Below, piece by piece: positions 51,077 to 61,559 of a stretch of DNA of 64,000 nt. The DNA comes from a virus. Lineage: Duplodnaviria > Caudoviricetes. How positions within the stretch are numbered: the stretch's first letter is position 1; each line of letters starts with the position of its first letter. The DNA lies in IMG/VR virus record IMGVR_UViG_3300021560_000015, positions 12,954-76,953 of that record; one strand, written 5' to 3'. The notes beneath the pieces were generated by a model. That model searched no databases and was not told where the DNA came from. It saw only the letters and a list, made by a program, of their open reading frames with translations. The position numbers and the translations under genes were made by a program.

Positions 51077-52188
51077 TGACGCTGCCCACTCGACGCTTGA
51101 TCCCTTCGGTCACGGTGAGCCCGGCCGGCACTCCCACCGTCGATACCGGCAAGCCACAGCTGGCCAAGTACCCGGCCAGCTACCACGGCAGCTACACCGT
51201 CACCCAGGGCACCGGGCACGTGGTGGTCTTCCCCGATCCTGATCCGATCTGGAACGGCACCATCTGGACCACCCCACCGCCATCGCAGCCAGCCGGCTCG
51301 ACCTTCTACCGCTGGAGTGCGCGCAGCCTGCCTAACCCGTCCAGCTATCCCAACCACGAGTACTACCTGGGTAAGCCGTCCAGCGTGGACGGCACCGCCA
51401 GTGTGCCGGCCGGCTGCCAGCAGTGGAACTGCGATGGCGTGAGCACCGGGCAGATCGCGTGGAACAGCGACTATCCGTTCAAGCCACGAGTGGCCAGCTA
51501 CACCCACCACGGCCATGACGGCACCACGGTGACCACGCCCACCGCGGTGCATTTCACCCCGCACCACGTCAACCACATGTGGGCCGACTTCGGCACCATC
51601 CTGCAGTTCCCGTTCACCTTCATGATCTGCTGCGTGTTCACTCACTTCACCAGCCCCTACAACGTGCAGTGCGTGCTGGACAGCGGGCGCGATCCGACCA
51701 CTGGCACCGGAGCCATCCCGGCGGCCACGCGGGCCAAATGGTTCCAGCACGGGCTACCGGCGCGCACCGTGCTGCCGGCGGTGAACGAGAACCTGGGCTA
51801 TCGCACCGGGCTACAGGTGCACCCCAAGCGGGTGAGCGGCTTCAACGACATGCACCCGACCACCAAGATCGCCAAGGTGCCCTTCGCGTACAGCCTGCGG
51901 CCCAAGGTGCTCTATGGCGTCTACAACGGCAACAGCTCGGTGTTCGGGGTGTTCGGCAACAGCCTGAAGTACCCGACCAGCCATGTGCAGCGCTCGGTCA
52001 AGCTGGCCAGCCATGGCGCCCAGCGCTACTGCGTGCTGGGTCGTGGCAATGGGGTGCTCGACGATGCGTTCGCCACCGCGATGGTGGTCTTCGAGATCCG
52101 GCTCTGGACCGGTCCGCTGACCACCGCACAGCTGGAGAGCCACCATGGCCAGCTGTCCTCCACTTGGCGATTCGTGGAGCACACCTGA
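51076..52188 (+). CDS. Minor tail protein
   Basis: 370 aa within the tail operon; LamG-like C-terminal E.R.W...LT..Q. Confidence 0.55.
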   Translation: MTLPTRRLIPSVTVSPAGTPTVDTGKPQLAKYPASYHGSYTVTQGTGHVVVFPDPDPIWNGTIWTTPPPSQPAGSTFYRWSARSLPNPSSYPNHEYYLGKPSSVDGTASVPAGCQQWNCDGVSTGQIAWNSDYPFKPRVASYTHHGHDGTTVTTPTAVHFTPHHVNHMWADFGTILQFPFTFMICCVFTHFTSPYNVQCVLDSGRDPTTGTGAIPAATRAKWFQHGLPARTVLPAVNENLGYRTGLQVHPKRVSGFNDMHPTTKIAKVPFAYSLRPKVLYGVYNGNSSVFGVFGNSLKYPTSHVQRSVKLASHGAQRYCVLGRGNGVLDDAFATAMVVFEIRLWTGPLTTAQLESHHGQLSSTWRFVEHT

Positions 52189-54554
52189 TGGCCAACACCT
52201 GGGCGCTGAACCGCACCGTTGGGGTAGGCGGGCGGTTCCTGCTGCTGATGACCCCGCCGGGTGGCAGCCCGCGCGATGTGACCTTCTTCCGCAATACCCC
52301 GGTGAAGATCACCTACAGCTCGGCCGATCCGTTCAGTGACAGCGTGGCCACCCTGGACTTCCCACAGGTCAGCGCCTATGACGATGCGCTGGTCGATCCG
52401 TCTAGCCTGCGCGCCATCCTGGCCGATGACGCGGCGGTGGACATCTGGTGGGTGCCGGCGATGAGCGTGCCGGCGGCGTGGCCGGCGAACATGGTGAACA
52501 GCTCCCCGGACACCATGCTCTGGGAGAACGCGCTGACCGGCCAGCTGGATCAAGTCGCGCCCACCTGGGACTACATCTCGCCCTACACCTCGGCCGGCAA
52601 CCTGACCTACAACCACACCGCCACCCGGCGTGGCACCAAGGTCTTCGAGGGCTTTGTGACCAGCCATGAGGTGAGCACCAGCAGCGAGGGCGACCGACTG
52701 CAGGTGCAGTGCCAGGGCGCGCTGTACCAGCTGGACTCCTACTTGGCCAAGCCGTTCTTCCCACCCCGGCCGTGGCCGCTCGAGCAGCTGATCGGGCTGT
52801 GCTTCGACCGGCGGGCCCGGCCACACCTGCGCACCGATCGCTACCGCATCCTGTGGCCGAAGGACTGGTCTGGGATCGCGCCGCCGTACAACCGGCAGCT
52901 GGACAACGCCTATTGGCCGGACATCGCGCCGGGTAGCAAGTGGACCGGCTACCTGACCAGGCAGACCGGCGCCTGGGATCACATGCTGACCTCCTATATC
53001 GCGCAGATGCTGGCTGTGATGATCGTCAAGCCGGGCTCCACCGATGGCAGCCAGAGCCCGACAGCGGCGGTACCGGGCAACCAATGGACGCTGCGGATGG
53101 GCCATGAGAACGACACCATCCCCGGCATTGCTGGGCTGTGCCCGCCACGCACGCCGTACCTGACCATCCGCGATCGGTTCCGCACCCCGGACTTCTCGCT
53201 GTGGTCCGGCATGCCCGGCATCGAGATCACGCTGACCCGCGATGCCACTCAGCGCTGCGATCTCATCTACGGCACCGGTACTGACCTGGCCGGCACCACC
53301 TGGAACAACTCGATCATCAGCCGGGATGGGATGCGCACCGACTACCAGCCGATCGCGGCCTCCGGCATGGTCTACCCGGTGGTTGGCAACAAGCGGTTAG
53401 TCAAGTCCCGGATCGCGCGCGAGCAGTACGTGCAATACGGCACCGGCTTCTCCGAGATCGAGGGCATCCAAGCGGCCGAGCAGACCCTGACCCGCGAGCT
53501 GGACGCCGGCTGGTCGGGCAGCGTCGTGCTGCATACCGATCCCAGCTCGAGTCTGTCGCGCTGGACCATCCAGGCCGGCATGACGATGCGGCTGCGCGGC
53601 TGGCGCGGTCGCGGCAGTGATGGGCTGCAGCTGCACATCGCGCAGGTGGACTGTGACGTAGAGGGCGGCACGGCCACGCTGACCGTAGACACCCGCTACC
53701 GGGATCTGCTCACCTTGGCCGAGGCGATCAACCGCACCCGTGATGCGCTCACCCCGGCCAGGCTGCTCTCGCTGAACAAGAACTCGAACGCCATCGAGGA
53801 TGTCCAGGCACGCTGGTCCTACGCCAAGGGTTCGGGCTTCACCCCAGGCGCCTACAGCTTGGGCGCCAAGCACATGCCGACCAACGCGAAGTTCCCCTAC
53901 ACGGCCTGGGTCAAGGCCAATCCACCCAAGTCCAAGCACCAGTGGTACGCGCCGTGCAAGGCAAATGACACCAAGAAGAAGGGCGGCCTGGGACGCTGGG
54001 GCGGCCCCTATCGGGTACGGATGAGTGAGAAGGGCACCATCCGGCGCACTGAGTGCGCGGTCTTCGACTGGCACGGCAACTTGCTGCCTATCCCGTTCCA
54101 CTTCTCGGTCTACTACACCGGCGGCACGTGCAGCGAGGACAAGACCTTCTTCCCGCACTCCACCGATGCGCACGGCAATGTGAACTATGACCCGCTGACC
54201 ATCGTGGGCGCTTTCGAGGCAACCGATCCCTCTACCGGGCAGGCGTGGACCGATACCGGGCACTTCTCTGGAATCAGTCAGATCTACTGCATGGGCTGGG
54301 GCAACCGCGAACAGCCGGCCGGCTACAGCCCAGGGTTGAAGACCCAGGGCGGCAAGCCCACCGGCATGTTGGTCGATGAATCGCCGTGGACCTTTGACTG
54401 CAGCCAGAACAACGTCAACTACAACCAGCTGGCCAAGGCCGGCACCGAGAAGGTCGGCAACATCAGCCTGTGTGCCTACTTCTACGCCGACTACATCGAG
54501 CCGGTGTACTTCCAGGCGCGCTTCTATTACCAAGCGCCGGGAACGGGGCAATAG
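52188..54554 (+). CDS. Tail-tip hub protein (Tal-like)
   Basis: ATG overlaps the upstream TGA; FEG.V....Q..G.L..L, W.G...L....G.T..L and V...T.T.TVD patterns; precedes the large fibre. Confidence 0.65.
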   Translation: MANTWALNRTVGVGGRFLLLMTPPGGSPRDVTFFRNTPVKITYSSADPFSDSVATLDFPQVSAYDDALVDPSSLRAILADDAAVDIWWVPAMSVPAAWPANMVNSSPDTMLWENALTGQLDQVAPTWDYISPYTSAGNLTYNHTATRRGTKVFEGFVTSHEVSTSSEGDRLQVQCQGALYQLDSYLAKPFFPPRPWPLEQLIGLCFDRRARPHLRTDRYRILWPKDWSGIAPPYNRQLDNAYWPDIAPGSKWTGYLTRQTGAWDHMLTSYIAQMLAVMIVKPGSTDGSQSPTAAVPGNQWTLRMGHENDTIPGIAGLCPPRTPYLTIRDRFRTPDFSLWSGMPGIEITLTRDATQRCDLIYGTGTDLAGTTWNNSIISRDGMRTDYQPIAASGMVYPVVGNKRLVKSRIAREQYVQYGTGFSEIEGIQAAEQTLTRELDAGWSGSVVLHTDPSSSLSRWTIQAGMTMRLRGWRGRGSDGLQLHIAQVDCDVEGGTATLTVDTRYRDLLTLAEAINRTRDALTPARLLSLNKNSNAIEDVQARWSYAKGSGFTPGAYSLGAKHMPTNAKFPYTAWVKANPPKSKHQWYAPCKANDTKKKGGLGRWGGPYRVRMSEKGTIRRTECAVFDWHGNLLPIPFHFSVYYTGGTCSEDKTFFPHSTDAHGNVNYDPLTIVGAFEATDPSTGQAWTDTGHFSGISQIYCMGWGNREQPAGYSPGLKTQGGKPTGMLVDESPWTFDCSQNNVNYNQLAKAGTEKVGNISLCAYFYADYIEPVYFQARFYYQAPGTGQ

Positions 54555-57500
54555 ATGCCCAACCATCCGCCTGTCCGACTCTTCCAGCGGGCCAACGGCC
54601 AGCAGTCCAACATCGCTGACCCGATCCTGAGCGCACCCAAGACACCAAGCCCGCCCACCAATATCTCGGCCAGCGTGTCCGGCTACCGCGATGCCAATGG
54701 TCATGACTTCGACCAGGCCACCGTGACCTGGACCGAGCCGGCTACCTACACCGATGGCAGCCCGGTCATCGACCTGGGCTATTACAACGCGCAGTACCGA
54801 GTGGGTGCCGGCGCTTGGTCAGCCAGCCAGTCCACCTATGTCGGCTCGCCCACCGCCTTCTATGTGCACCTGCAACCAGGGCAGTCGGTCACCTGGCGAG
54901 TGCAGTCGGTGTGCAACTCGGGGCTGGTCAGCGTGTGGACCAGCTCCGTCGCCTACACCATGCCGGTCTTTCCCACCCCGCCGCTGCCGCCCTCCGCGCC
55001 AGCACTGTCCACCCGGACCGGCGACCTGATCGTAAGTTGGGACGGCAACGCGAACAATGCCGCGCCCTATGACACCTCCTGGTCGCGCTGTGATGTGCAC
55101 CTGGCCACCAGTAGCGGCTTCACCCCGTCGCCGGCCACGCTGTACGGCTCGATCACTGCGCGCGGCGGCTCACGCACCGTGGCAGGGCTGACCTACAACC
55201 AGACCTACTACGCCAAGCTGGTCGCGGTCGACAAGACCAACCTTTCCTCGGCCGGCTCCAACCCCAGCTCTGGGGTGGCGGTAGCCCAGATCTCGACGGC
55301 CGATGTCAGCTTCACCACGGGTTCTGGCACCAAGGTCAGCATTGGCAGCACACAGCCGGTCGGACCCGCTGTGGGCGACATCTGGTACGACGGGCCGGCC
55401 AATGGCTACGTGATGAAGAGCTGGAACGGCTCGAGCTGGGTTTCCAACCAATACGGGTCTGGTGCGCTCGGCTCCGGCTCAGTGGGCTCCAGCCAGATCT
55501 CCAGCGGCGCGGTGGGCACCGCCCAGATATCCAGTGGCGCAGTGGGCACGGCCCAGATCGCCAACGGTGCAGTGAATAGCACGCAGCTCGGCAACCAGGC
55601 GGTCGCCACTGTCAACCTGGCTAACAACGCCGTCACCGCTACCCAGATCGCGAACGGCACGATCGGCACCACGCAGATCAGTCCCACGGCGGGCATCACC
55701 GGTGCCCAGTTATCCAGCACCGCCGGCATCGCGGCCGGCCAAGTGGCTTTCACCGCTCGCACCATCGGCGGCATTACCACCACCTATGCCACCACCGCAC
55801 CGAGCAGCCCGGTGGCCGGCGACATCTGGTACGACACCTCCAACGGCTATCTGCTGAATCGCTACTCGGGCTCGGCCTGGGTGACCGGCCCGCTGGGTAC
55901 CAACGCCCACGCGGCCGGCTCCATCACCGGCACCATTCTGGCGAACAACGCCGTGGGTACTGCGCAGCTTGCCGCCAACGCGGTGACAGCGGCCCAGTTG
56001 GCCAGCGGTGCGGTTACTGCTACCCAGCTGGCCAGTGGTGCCGTCACGGCGCCAGCCATCGCCAGCGGGGCAGTGGGCTCGAGTGCTATCGCCGGCGGTG
56101 CAATTACCAGCACCCAGCTGGCCGCCAACGCGGTGACCGCTGCTGCGCTTGCCTCCGGCGCAGTGGGCAGCGCCGCCATCGCCAGTGGCGCGATTACCCC
56201 CACACAGCTGGCCGCCAACGCCGTCACCTCGGCCGCCATCGCGGCCAACGCAGTAGGCACGGCGCAGATCGCTACCGGCGCGGTCACCTCCGCGTCGATC
56301 GCGGACGGCACCATCCAGGTCGGTGATGTCGGCTTCACCATTCGCACCCTGGGCGGCACTTCTGTCACTTTTGCCTCTAGCGCGCCGACCGTGCCGGCAC
56401 CCATCGCGGGTGACCTCTGGTATGACTCGAGCAACGGCTATCGGCTCAATCAGTACACCGGCAGTGTCTGGACCGCCTATCAGTACGGCACCAACGCCAT
56501 CACTGCTGGCGCCATCACCGCGAACCTGATTGCGGCCAACACCATCACCGCAGCGCAGATCGCCTCGGGCACCATCACGGCTAGTCAGATTGCCGCCGGC
56601 ACCATCACTACGACCCAGATTGCCGCCGGCACGATAGCCGCGAGCAACATCGCTTCCGGCACCATCACCGCCACCCAGCTAGCGGCGAACTCGGTGACCG
56701 CCACCCAGCTAGCTGCGAACTCGGTAACCAGCAATGCCATTCTGGCCGGCACCATCGTGGCTGCTGACATCGCCACGGACACCATCACGGCCACTCAGAT
56801 CGCGGCCGGCGCCATCACCTCCAGCGAGCTCGCGACCAACTCGGTGTCTGCCAACAACATCGTCTCGGGCACCATCACGGCCACCCAGATAGCCAGCGGC
56901 ACCATTACCGCAGCCAACATCGCTTCGGGCACGATTACCGCCACACAGATCAGCGCCACCGCGGGCATCACGGCTGGCCAGATCGCGGCGGGCACGATCA
57001 CTGCTACCCAGATCAGTGCCACGGCCAATATCACCGGCGGGCAGATCGCGGCGAACACCATCACTGCGGCCAACATCGCGGCCGGCTCTATCACCGTCAA
57101 CCAGCTCAACGTGGTGGTCGGTGGTGGCAACCTGTTGGCCAACTCGAGCTTCGAGAACGCCACCAACGCCACTACCGGCTTCAACCCATTCGGCGCCGGC
57201 TGCACCATTCAGGGCAGCTCCGCGCAAAGCTGGGTAGGTAGCCAGTCCTGCCTGGTCACGCTGCCCGCAGTGGCTAGCTCGGGCATCGTGTGTCCGCTTG
57301 CCACCCCAGGGCCATGGCGGCCGAACACCCAATACACCTTCAGTGGCTACGTCTATATCCCCAGCGGTGGGCTAAACCCGGTGTTGCTGACGCTGCAGAT
57401 GAGCCACACCGGTGGCACCGTATTCGTGGCCAATGTCAACACGGCCACTCTGACCGCCGGCAACACCAACGGTTGGTACCGGATGTCGTGCACGGCCACC

Positions 57501-59822
57501 ACCAACGCCGCCCCCACCGGCACCGGCAACCTCTACATCTTCTACAACGGCACGCCGACCGCCGGCTGGCAGTTCTACACCGATGGCTGGCAGCTCGAGA
57601 TTGGCAACCTAGTCACGGCCTACGCCCCGCTGACGAACGAGATCTTGCCGGGCACCATCGTGGCCAATCAGATCGCGGCTGGCACCATCGGAGCTGCTCA
57701 GATCGCGGCCGGGTCGATCACTGCAGACCGCATCACGGTGGGCGGGCGCGGCATCGGGCTATGCCCCAACCCGTCCTTCGAGGATCCGTACATCAACCCG
57801 AGTACCGGCGTCACCGACAACACCACGCCGGCATCCTGGACGCTGTCCACAGTTGGTGCCGGGTCCACCGCGCAGCGCCAGGTGAATACCTCGATCGCAT
57901 CCATCGGTAATGCGATGGTCGCGCTGACCACTACCGGCACCGGGGCAGGCTTCTCCGCCACCGCAAACAGCGCGATGATCCCGGTCGTTGCCGGCACCGT
58001 CTACTACTGCAAGGTGCTCTTCGGCGGGACCGTGGTCTCAGCCTCCGGGGTGTACTTCCAGGTGCACTGGTATCAGGCCAACGGGAGTGCCTCGGCCATC
58101 ACCGGCTATACGGACATGTACGGCACGGGTTCGGGTGGCGCACTGCCGCAGACCCAGACCAACAACTCAGTCCTTGAATCGTTGCCCGCCGCACCCGCCG
58201 ATGCCGCCTATGCACAGCTGACCGCGCTCTACTACAACCCACCCACCGCGGCCACCCTGTATGTGGATAGCTTCGACATCCAGCCGGCCAATACCGGCTC
58301 GCTGATGGTGCCCGGCTCGATCAAGGCCGGGATCATCGACGCCGGCGCGCTGTATGCCATGAACATCAACACCGGATCGCTGACCGCGGGCACTATTCAG
58401 GGCAGCGTCGGCACCTCGACGGTGGATTCCTCGGTCGTCACCGATACCCGTTATTACATGTACGACGATGATTCCAGCGGCGCCGTCCTGATCTATCGCC
58501 GCACCGGGACTCTGGTCTTCCAGACCTCGACACCGGGTACCGGCACCTGGACCGTGCCGGCCGGGGTGACCAGCGTCAAGGTGGAATGCTGGGGCGGCGG
58601 CGGTGGCGGCCAGGGTAGCCGCATCGACGGCTCCACCTATGGCTCCGGTTCGGGTGGAGCAGGCGGCGAGTATGCCCGAGAGAACGCCTGGGTGGTCACG
58701 CCGGGCGCGAACATCACCTATCAGGTCGGTGCTGGTGGAGCCGGCCAGGCCGGCACCAAGGCACCCACCGCGCAGCCTGGACAGGCCGCGGGTGGTACCC
58801 AGACGTATTTCGATACCGGGCACTTCGCCGATGGCTCGGTAGCGCCCGGCAACAGCGGCGGGGTGATCGCCAACGGCGGCGGTGGCGGTTGGGGCGGATT
58901 CACCATCGGTGGCGGGTCGGGCTCCAAGAATGGCGTCCACTTTCCCGGCGGTCAGGCGGGCACCGGCAACTACGCCTTTGCCGGCGGTGGCGGGGGTGGA
59001 TCGGCGGGCAACGCTGCGCCGGGTAATCCAGGCGGCAACGTGGCCTATGGCAGCGCTACCGCGGGTGTCGCTGGAGCCGGCATCAAGGCCAACGGTGGCG
59101 CCGGTGGCGCCGGTGGCTCGGGCGCCAATGGTGCGGCCGCCCCGGTGTTGCCGACCGCGAATGGCTTCGGTGGCGGCGGCGGTGGTGGTGGTTCAGCCTC
59201 CGGTTCCGGCGTGGTGCGCAACGGCGGTGCCGGTGGACCGGGTCGGCTCTATATCACCTATGGCGGGGCGATCACGCTGGTTGGCTCCATCGCGGCTGCT
59301 CCTGCCACGGACCCGTATGGCAATGCCTACCAGCAGGGCATCAAGATCTATCACCCGGAGCTCATCGGGGATGCCACCACTGCCACCGGCATGGTCATCC
59401 AGTCCTACACCAACCAGAACGCCACCATCTGTGGCAGCGGTGCCTTCACCGGCCCGCTGACTGGCTGGGTAATCGACCCCACCTCGGCGGTGAACAACAC
59501 CATCGCCAGCGTGAGTGGCGGTGTGTCGACCTTCAACGCCAATGCCGATGGCGGGATCTACTACATCGACTTCCTGGTCACCTGGAGTGCATCCTCCGGT
59601 TCCGGGTATAGGCGCATCGCGGCCATCTACATCAACGGCAGCGAGTACCAGCGCACCGATTTCCAGGCCAACACCGCGGTGCTCAGCCAGCAGGTCAACG
59701 TGATGTATAAGGCTAAGCAGGGCGACACGGTTGATTTCCGGGTCTGGCACAACGCCGGCGTCAATGTGGCGCTGAACCCGCTTCCCTATGGCAACCGCTT
59801 TTCCATCACCAGAGTCGGATGA
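54555..59822 (+). CDS. Central tail fibre/host-specificity protein
   Basis: FN3-like N-terminus, three GD(I/L)WYD knuckles, long 10-aa ITAxQIAAGT repeats, two NLL.N.SFE/NPSFE carbohydrate-binding-like domains, a glycine-rich domain and a C1q-like end. Confidence 0.85.
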   Translation: MPNHPPVRLFQRANGQQSNIADPILSAPKTPSPPTNISASVSGYRDANGHDFDQATVTWTEPATYTDGSPVIDLGYYNAQYRVGAGAWSASQSTYVGSPTAFYVHLQPGQSVTWRVQSVCNSGLVSVWTSSVAYTMPVFPTPPLPPSAPALSTRTGDLIVSWDGNANNAAPYDTSWSRCDVHLATSSGFTPSPATLYGSITARGGSRTVAGLTYNQTYYAKLVAVDKTNLSSAGSNPSSGVAVAQISTADVSFTTGSGTKVSIGSTQPVGPAVGDIWYDGPANGYVMKSWNGSSWVSNQYGSGALGSGSVGSSQISSGAVGTAQISSGAVGTAQIANGAVNSTQLGNQAVATVNLANNAVTATQIANGTIGTTQISPTAGITGAQLSSTAGIAAGQVAFTARTIGGITTTYATTAPSSPVAGDIWYDTSNGYLLNRYSGSAWVTGPLGTNAHAAGSITGTILANNAVGTAQLAANAVTAAQLASGAVTATQLASGAVTAPAIASGAVGSSAIAGGAITSTQLAANAVTAAALASGAVGSAAIASGAITPTQLAANAVTSAAIAANAVGTAQIATGAVTSASIADGTIQVGDVGFTIRTLGGTSVTFASSAPTVPAPIAGDLWYDSSNGYRLNQYTGSVWTAYQYGTNAITAGAITANLIAANTITAAQIASGTITASQIAAGTITTTQIAAGTIAASNIASGTITATQLAANSVTATQLAANSVTSNAILAGTIVAADIATDTITATQIAAGAITSSELATNSVSANNIVSGTITATQIASGTITAANIASGTITATQISATAGITAGQIAAGTITATQISATANITGGQIAANTITAANIAAGSITVNQLNVVVGGGNLLANSSFENATNATTGFNPFGAGCTIQGSSAQSWVGSQSCLVTLPAVASSGIVCPLATPGPWRPNTQYTFSGYVYIPSGGLNPVLLTLQMSHTGGTVFVANVNTATLTAGNTNGWYRMSCTATTNAAPTGTGNLYIFYNGTPTAGWQFYTDGWQLEIGNLVTAYAPLTNEILPGTIVANQIAAGTIGAAQIAAGSITADRITVGGRGIGLCPNPSFEDPYINPSTGVTDNTTPASWTLSTVGAGSTAQRQVNTSIASIGNAMVALTTTGTGAGFSATANSAMIPVVAGTVYYCKVLFGGTVVSASGVYFQVHWYQANGSASAITGYTDMYGTGSGGALPQTQTNNSVLESLPAAPADAAYAQLTALYYNPPTAATLYVDSFDIQPANTGSLMVPGSIKAGIIDAGALYAMNINTGSLTAGTIQGSVGTSTVDSSVVTDTRYYMYDDDSSGAVLIYRRTGTLVFQTSTPGTGTWTVPAGVTSVKVECWGGGGGGQGSRIDGSTYGSGSGGAGGEYARENAWVVTPGANITYQVGAGGAGQAGTKAPTAQPGQAAGGTQTYFDTGHFADGSVAPGNSGGVIANGGGGGWGGFTIGGGSGSKNGVHFPGGQAGTGNYAFAGGGGGGSAGNAAPGNPGGNVAYGSATAGVAGAGIKANGGAGGAGGSGANGAAAPVLPTANGFGGGGGGGGSASGSGVVRNGGAGGPGRLYITYGGAITLVGSIAAAPATDPYGNAYQQGIKIYHPELIGDATTATGMVIQSYTNQNATICGSGAFTGPLTGWVIDPTSAVNNTIASVSGGVSTFNANADGGIYYIDFLVTWSASSGSGYRRIAAIYINGSEYQRTDFQANTAVLSQQVNVMYKAKQGDTVDFRVWHNAGVNVALNPLPYGNRFSITRVG

Positions 59823-59832
59823 GAGGAACACG

Positions 59833-60105
59833 ATGGCCTATAACGCAGTCGTGATGATGGCCAACAGTCAATCGCTGCGTAATCGCTGCGTTGCGGCTGC
59901 CGCTGACCAGAGCATCGCGCAACCGGAGACCTGGGTGGCACAGCGGATCTGGGCGATCGTGGCCACTGCCGGCTGGGACGCCAAGTGGCAGTACGCAGTC
60001 GATAACCTGACCATCAACATGCAGCCGGATCTCGGATTGCGTGACGATGTGCTCAGTGACTCGGACATCCAATCCGCGATCACCGCGGTCAACGCAGTGC
60101 CCTAA
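59833..60105 (+). CDS. Small tail-fibre-associated protein
   Basis: SD GAGGA; L..R..AAAA...P..W...GW...D...D..I..A..A. Confidence 0.65.
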   Translation: MAYNAVVMMANSQSLRNRCVAAAADQSIAQPETWVAQRIWAIVATAGWDAKWQYAVDNLTINMQPDLGLRDDVLSDSDIQSAITAVNAVP

Positions 60106-60107
60106 TC

Positions 60108-60482
60108 GTGCCGTCGCTACTGGGTAACTTCTTCGCCAACGGGGCGCTGGCGCTCTACTTCCAGAACAGCCCGGTCTGGTTGGCCCTCCATCTGACCGAC
60201 CCGACCCCGGTAGGCGATCCGAACACCGAGTTCGGCGGCGGCAATTACATGCGGCAGCGCATCATCTTCGGGGCACCCGGCAGCAAGTCGATCAGTAACA
60301 CCGGCACGGTGACCTTCTCCAACCTGGCCGCTGCCACCATCACCTACTTCGGGTTCTGGAACAGCCAGGCCAACACCAACACCGGCTTTCTGGCCAGCTA
60401 CCAGCTCAATCCCTCGTTGGTCGTCATCGCGAGCTCGCAGGTGTTGGTCGGGCCGGGTGATATCTCTATCGCGCTGGTCTGA
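60108..60482 (+). CDS. Minor tail protein, paralog 3
   Basis: WLALH..DP...E..GG.Y.RQ.I.F....N...V.F..L....I..FG.W. Confidence 0.75.
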   Translation: MPSLLGNFFANGALALYFQNSPVWLALHLTDPTPVGDPNTEFGGGNYMRQRIIFGAPGSKSISNTGTVTFSNLAAATITYFGFWNSQANTNTGFLASYQLNPSLVVIASSQVLVGPGDISIALV

Positions 60483-60509
60483 CGACTAGTGCTGGGCGCG
60501 ATGCTGTGA

Positions 60510-60788
60510 TTGTGGGCAGAAGCCGCTGTCGTCGCTCAGGAGAGCCCTACCGCCGGCAAGGCCGCGATCATCGGAATGATCACCACGCTGGGCGGCGCGG
60601 TCATCTATGGGGTGTTCAGCCTGCTGCAGGCCCGGTTCGGCAAGAAGGAGAGCTCTCCCCGCGCCATGGCCAGGCTGAACAAGGAGCACGACGCGATGGA
60701 GCGCTTCCTGCTGCTGCACGGCTACGACCCACGCAAAATCAAGACCGGCTACGAGTCTGATGACGAAGCCAAACACGGAACCAGCTGA
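60510..60788 (+). CDS. Single-TM membrane protein (holin/lysis accessory candidate)
   Basis: AAIIGMITTLGGAVIYGVFSLL TM segment, then a coiled coil. Confidence 0.55.
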   Translation: MWAEAAVVAQESPTAGKAAIIGMITTLGGAVIYGVFSLLQARFGKKESSPRAMARLNKEHDAMERFLLLHGYDPRKIKTGYESDDEAKHGTS

Positions 60789-61449
60789 TCTGGAGAAGGA
60801 ACTCGCCCGTTTCCAGGGCCGCACCGAGACTCAACTGCACCAGATACGGGTGCTGATCGGGCTGGTGGTGCTGGCCACCCTGCTCGGCGCCTGGGCGATG
60901 TGGATCGTCATCGACCAGCGTGATGCTCGGCAGAAGGATGTAGATGCCCAGCTCACCGCGCTGGCCTGCATGGTGCTGCACTATTTGCCGCCAGGCACCA
61001 GCTTCTATACCGACCTGGCTGCGCTCTACCCGGATTGCCCGCCGTACGTGCCACCTACTGCGCCGGCTGCGGAGACACTGACCATCACTCGAGCCGCGCC
61101 GAATGAGACGGTGACGCTGACCGGTGGCACCTTCACGTTGCCCGGTGGGCAGGTCACTACGGTGCCGCGCGGCGTGGTCACGCTGTCCGGTGTGGGCGAG
61201 GGCGCCACCGTGGTGCGTACTGTGCGGGTGCCCATCCCAGGACCACCCCACAACATCACCATCTCGGCAGCGCCCTCGCGCATCATCATTGCAGGACCGA
61301 CTTCCACCACCACCGTGCACGTCACCTCGACCGTTGTTTCACGTGAAACCACTACGGTGCGCGCCACCCTGACCCAGCGCGCTACGGTCACGGTGACCGC
61401 CAAGAACGGGAAGGGACCTCCCTGCCCTAACCCGCCCTGCAAGAAGTGA
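60760..61449 (+). CDS. Membrane-anchored protein with Thr/Val-rich stalk
   Basis: One TM segment, LACM...CPPY, T-V-T repeats, C-terminal CPNPPC. Confidence 0.65.
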   Translation: MTKPNTEPADLEKELARFQGRTETQLHQIRVLIGLVVLATLLGAWAMWIVIDQRDARQKDVDAQLTALACMVLHYLPPGTSFYTDLAALYPDCPPYVPPTAPAAETLTITRAAPNETVTLTGGTFTLPGGQVTTVPRGVVTLSGVGEGATVVRTVRVPIPGPPHNITISAAPSRIIIAGPTSTTTVHVTSTVVSRETTTVRATLTQRATVTVTAKNGKGPPCPNPPCKK

Positions 61450-61559
61450 GGGGGTGGTCTATGTAACCTGCCGGCCCGCCGCATGCGTCCGTTGCTTGTG
61501 CGCAGGGTCGATGTTTGCGCAGCAGGCCTGACCGTTCTCCCCGTTCGGGCAGGCCTGCA

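Noticed and set aside
54555-59822. Diversity-generating retroelement acting on the tail fibre
   Set aside because: No reverse transcriptase, and no template/variable repeat pair differing at adenines was seen; the repeats are protein-level shaft repeats.
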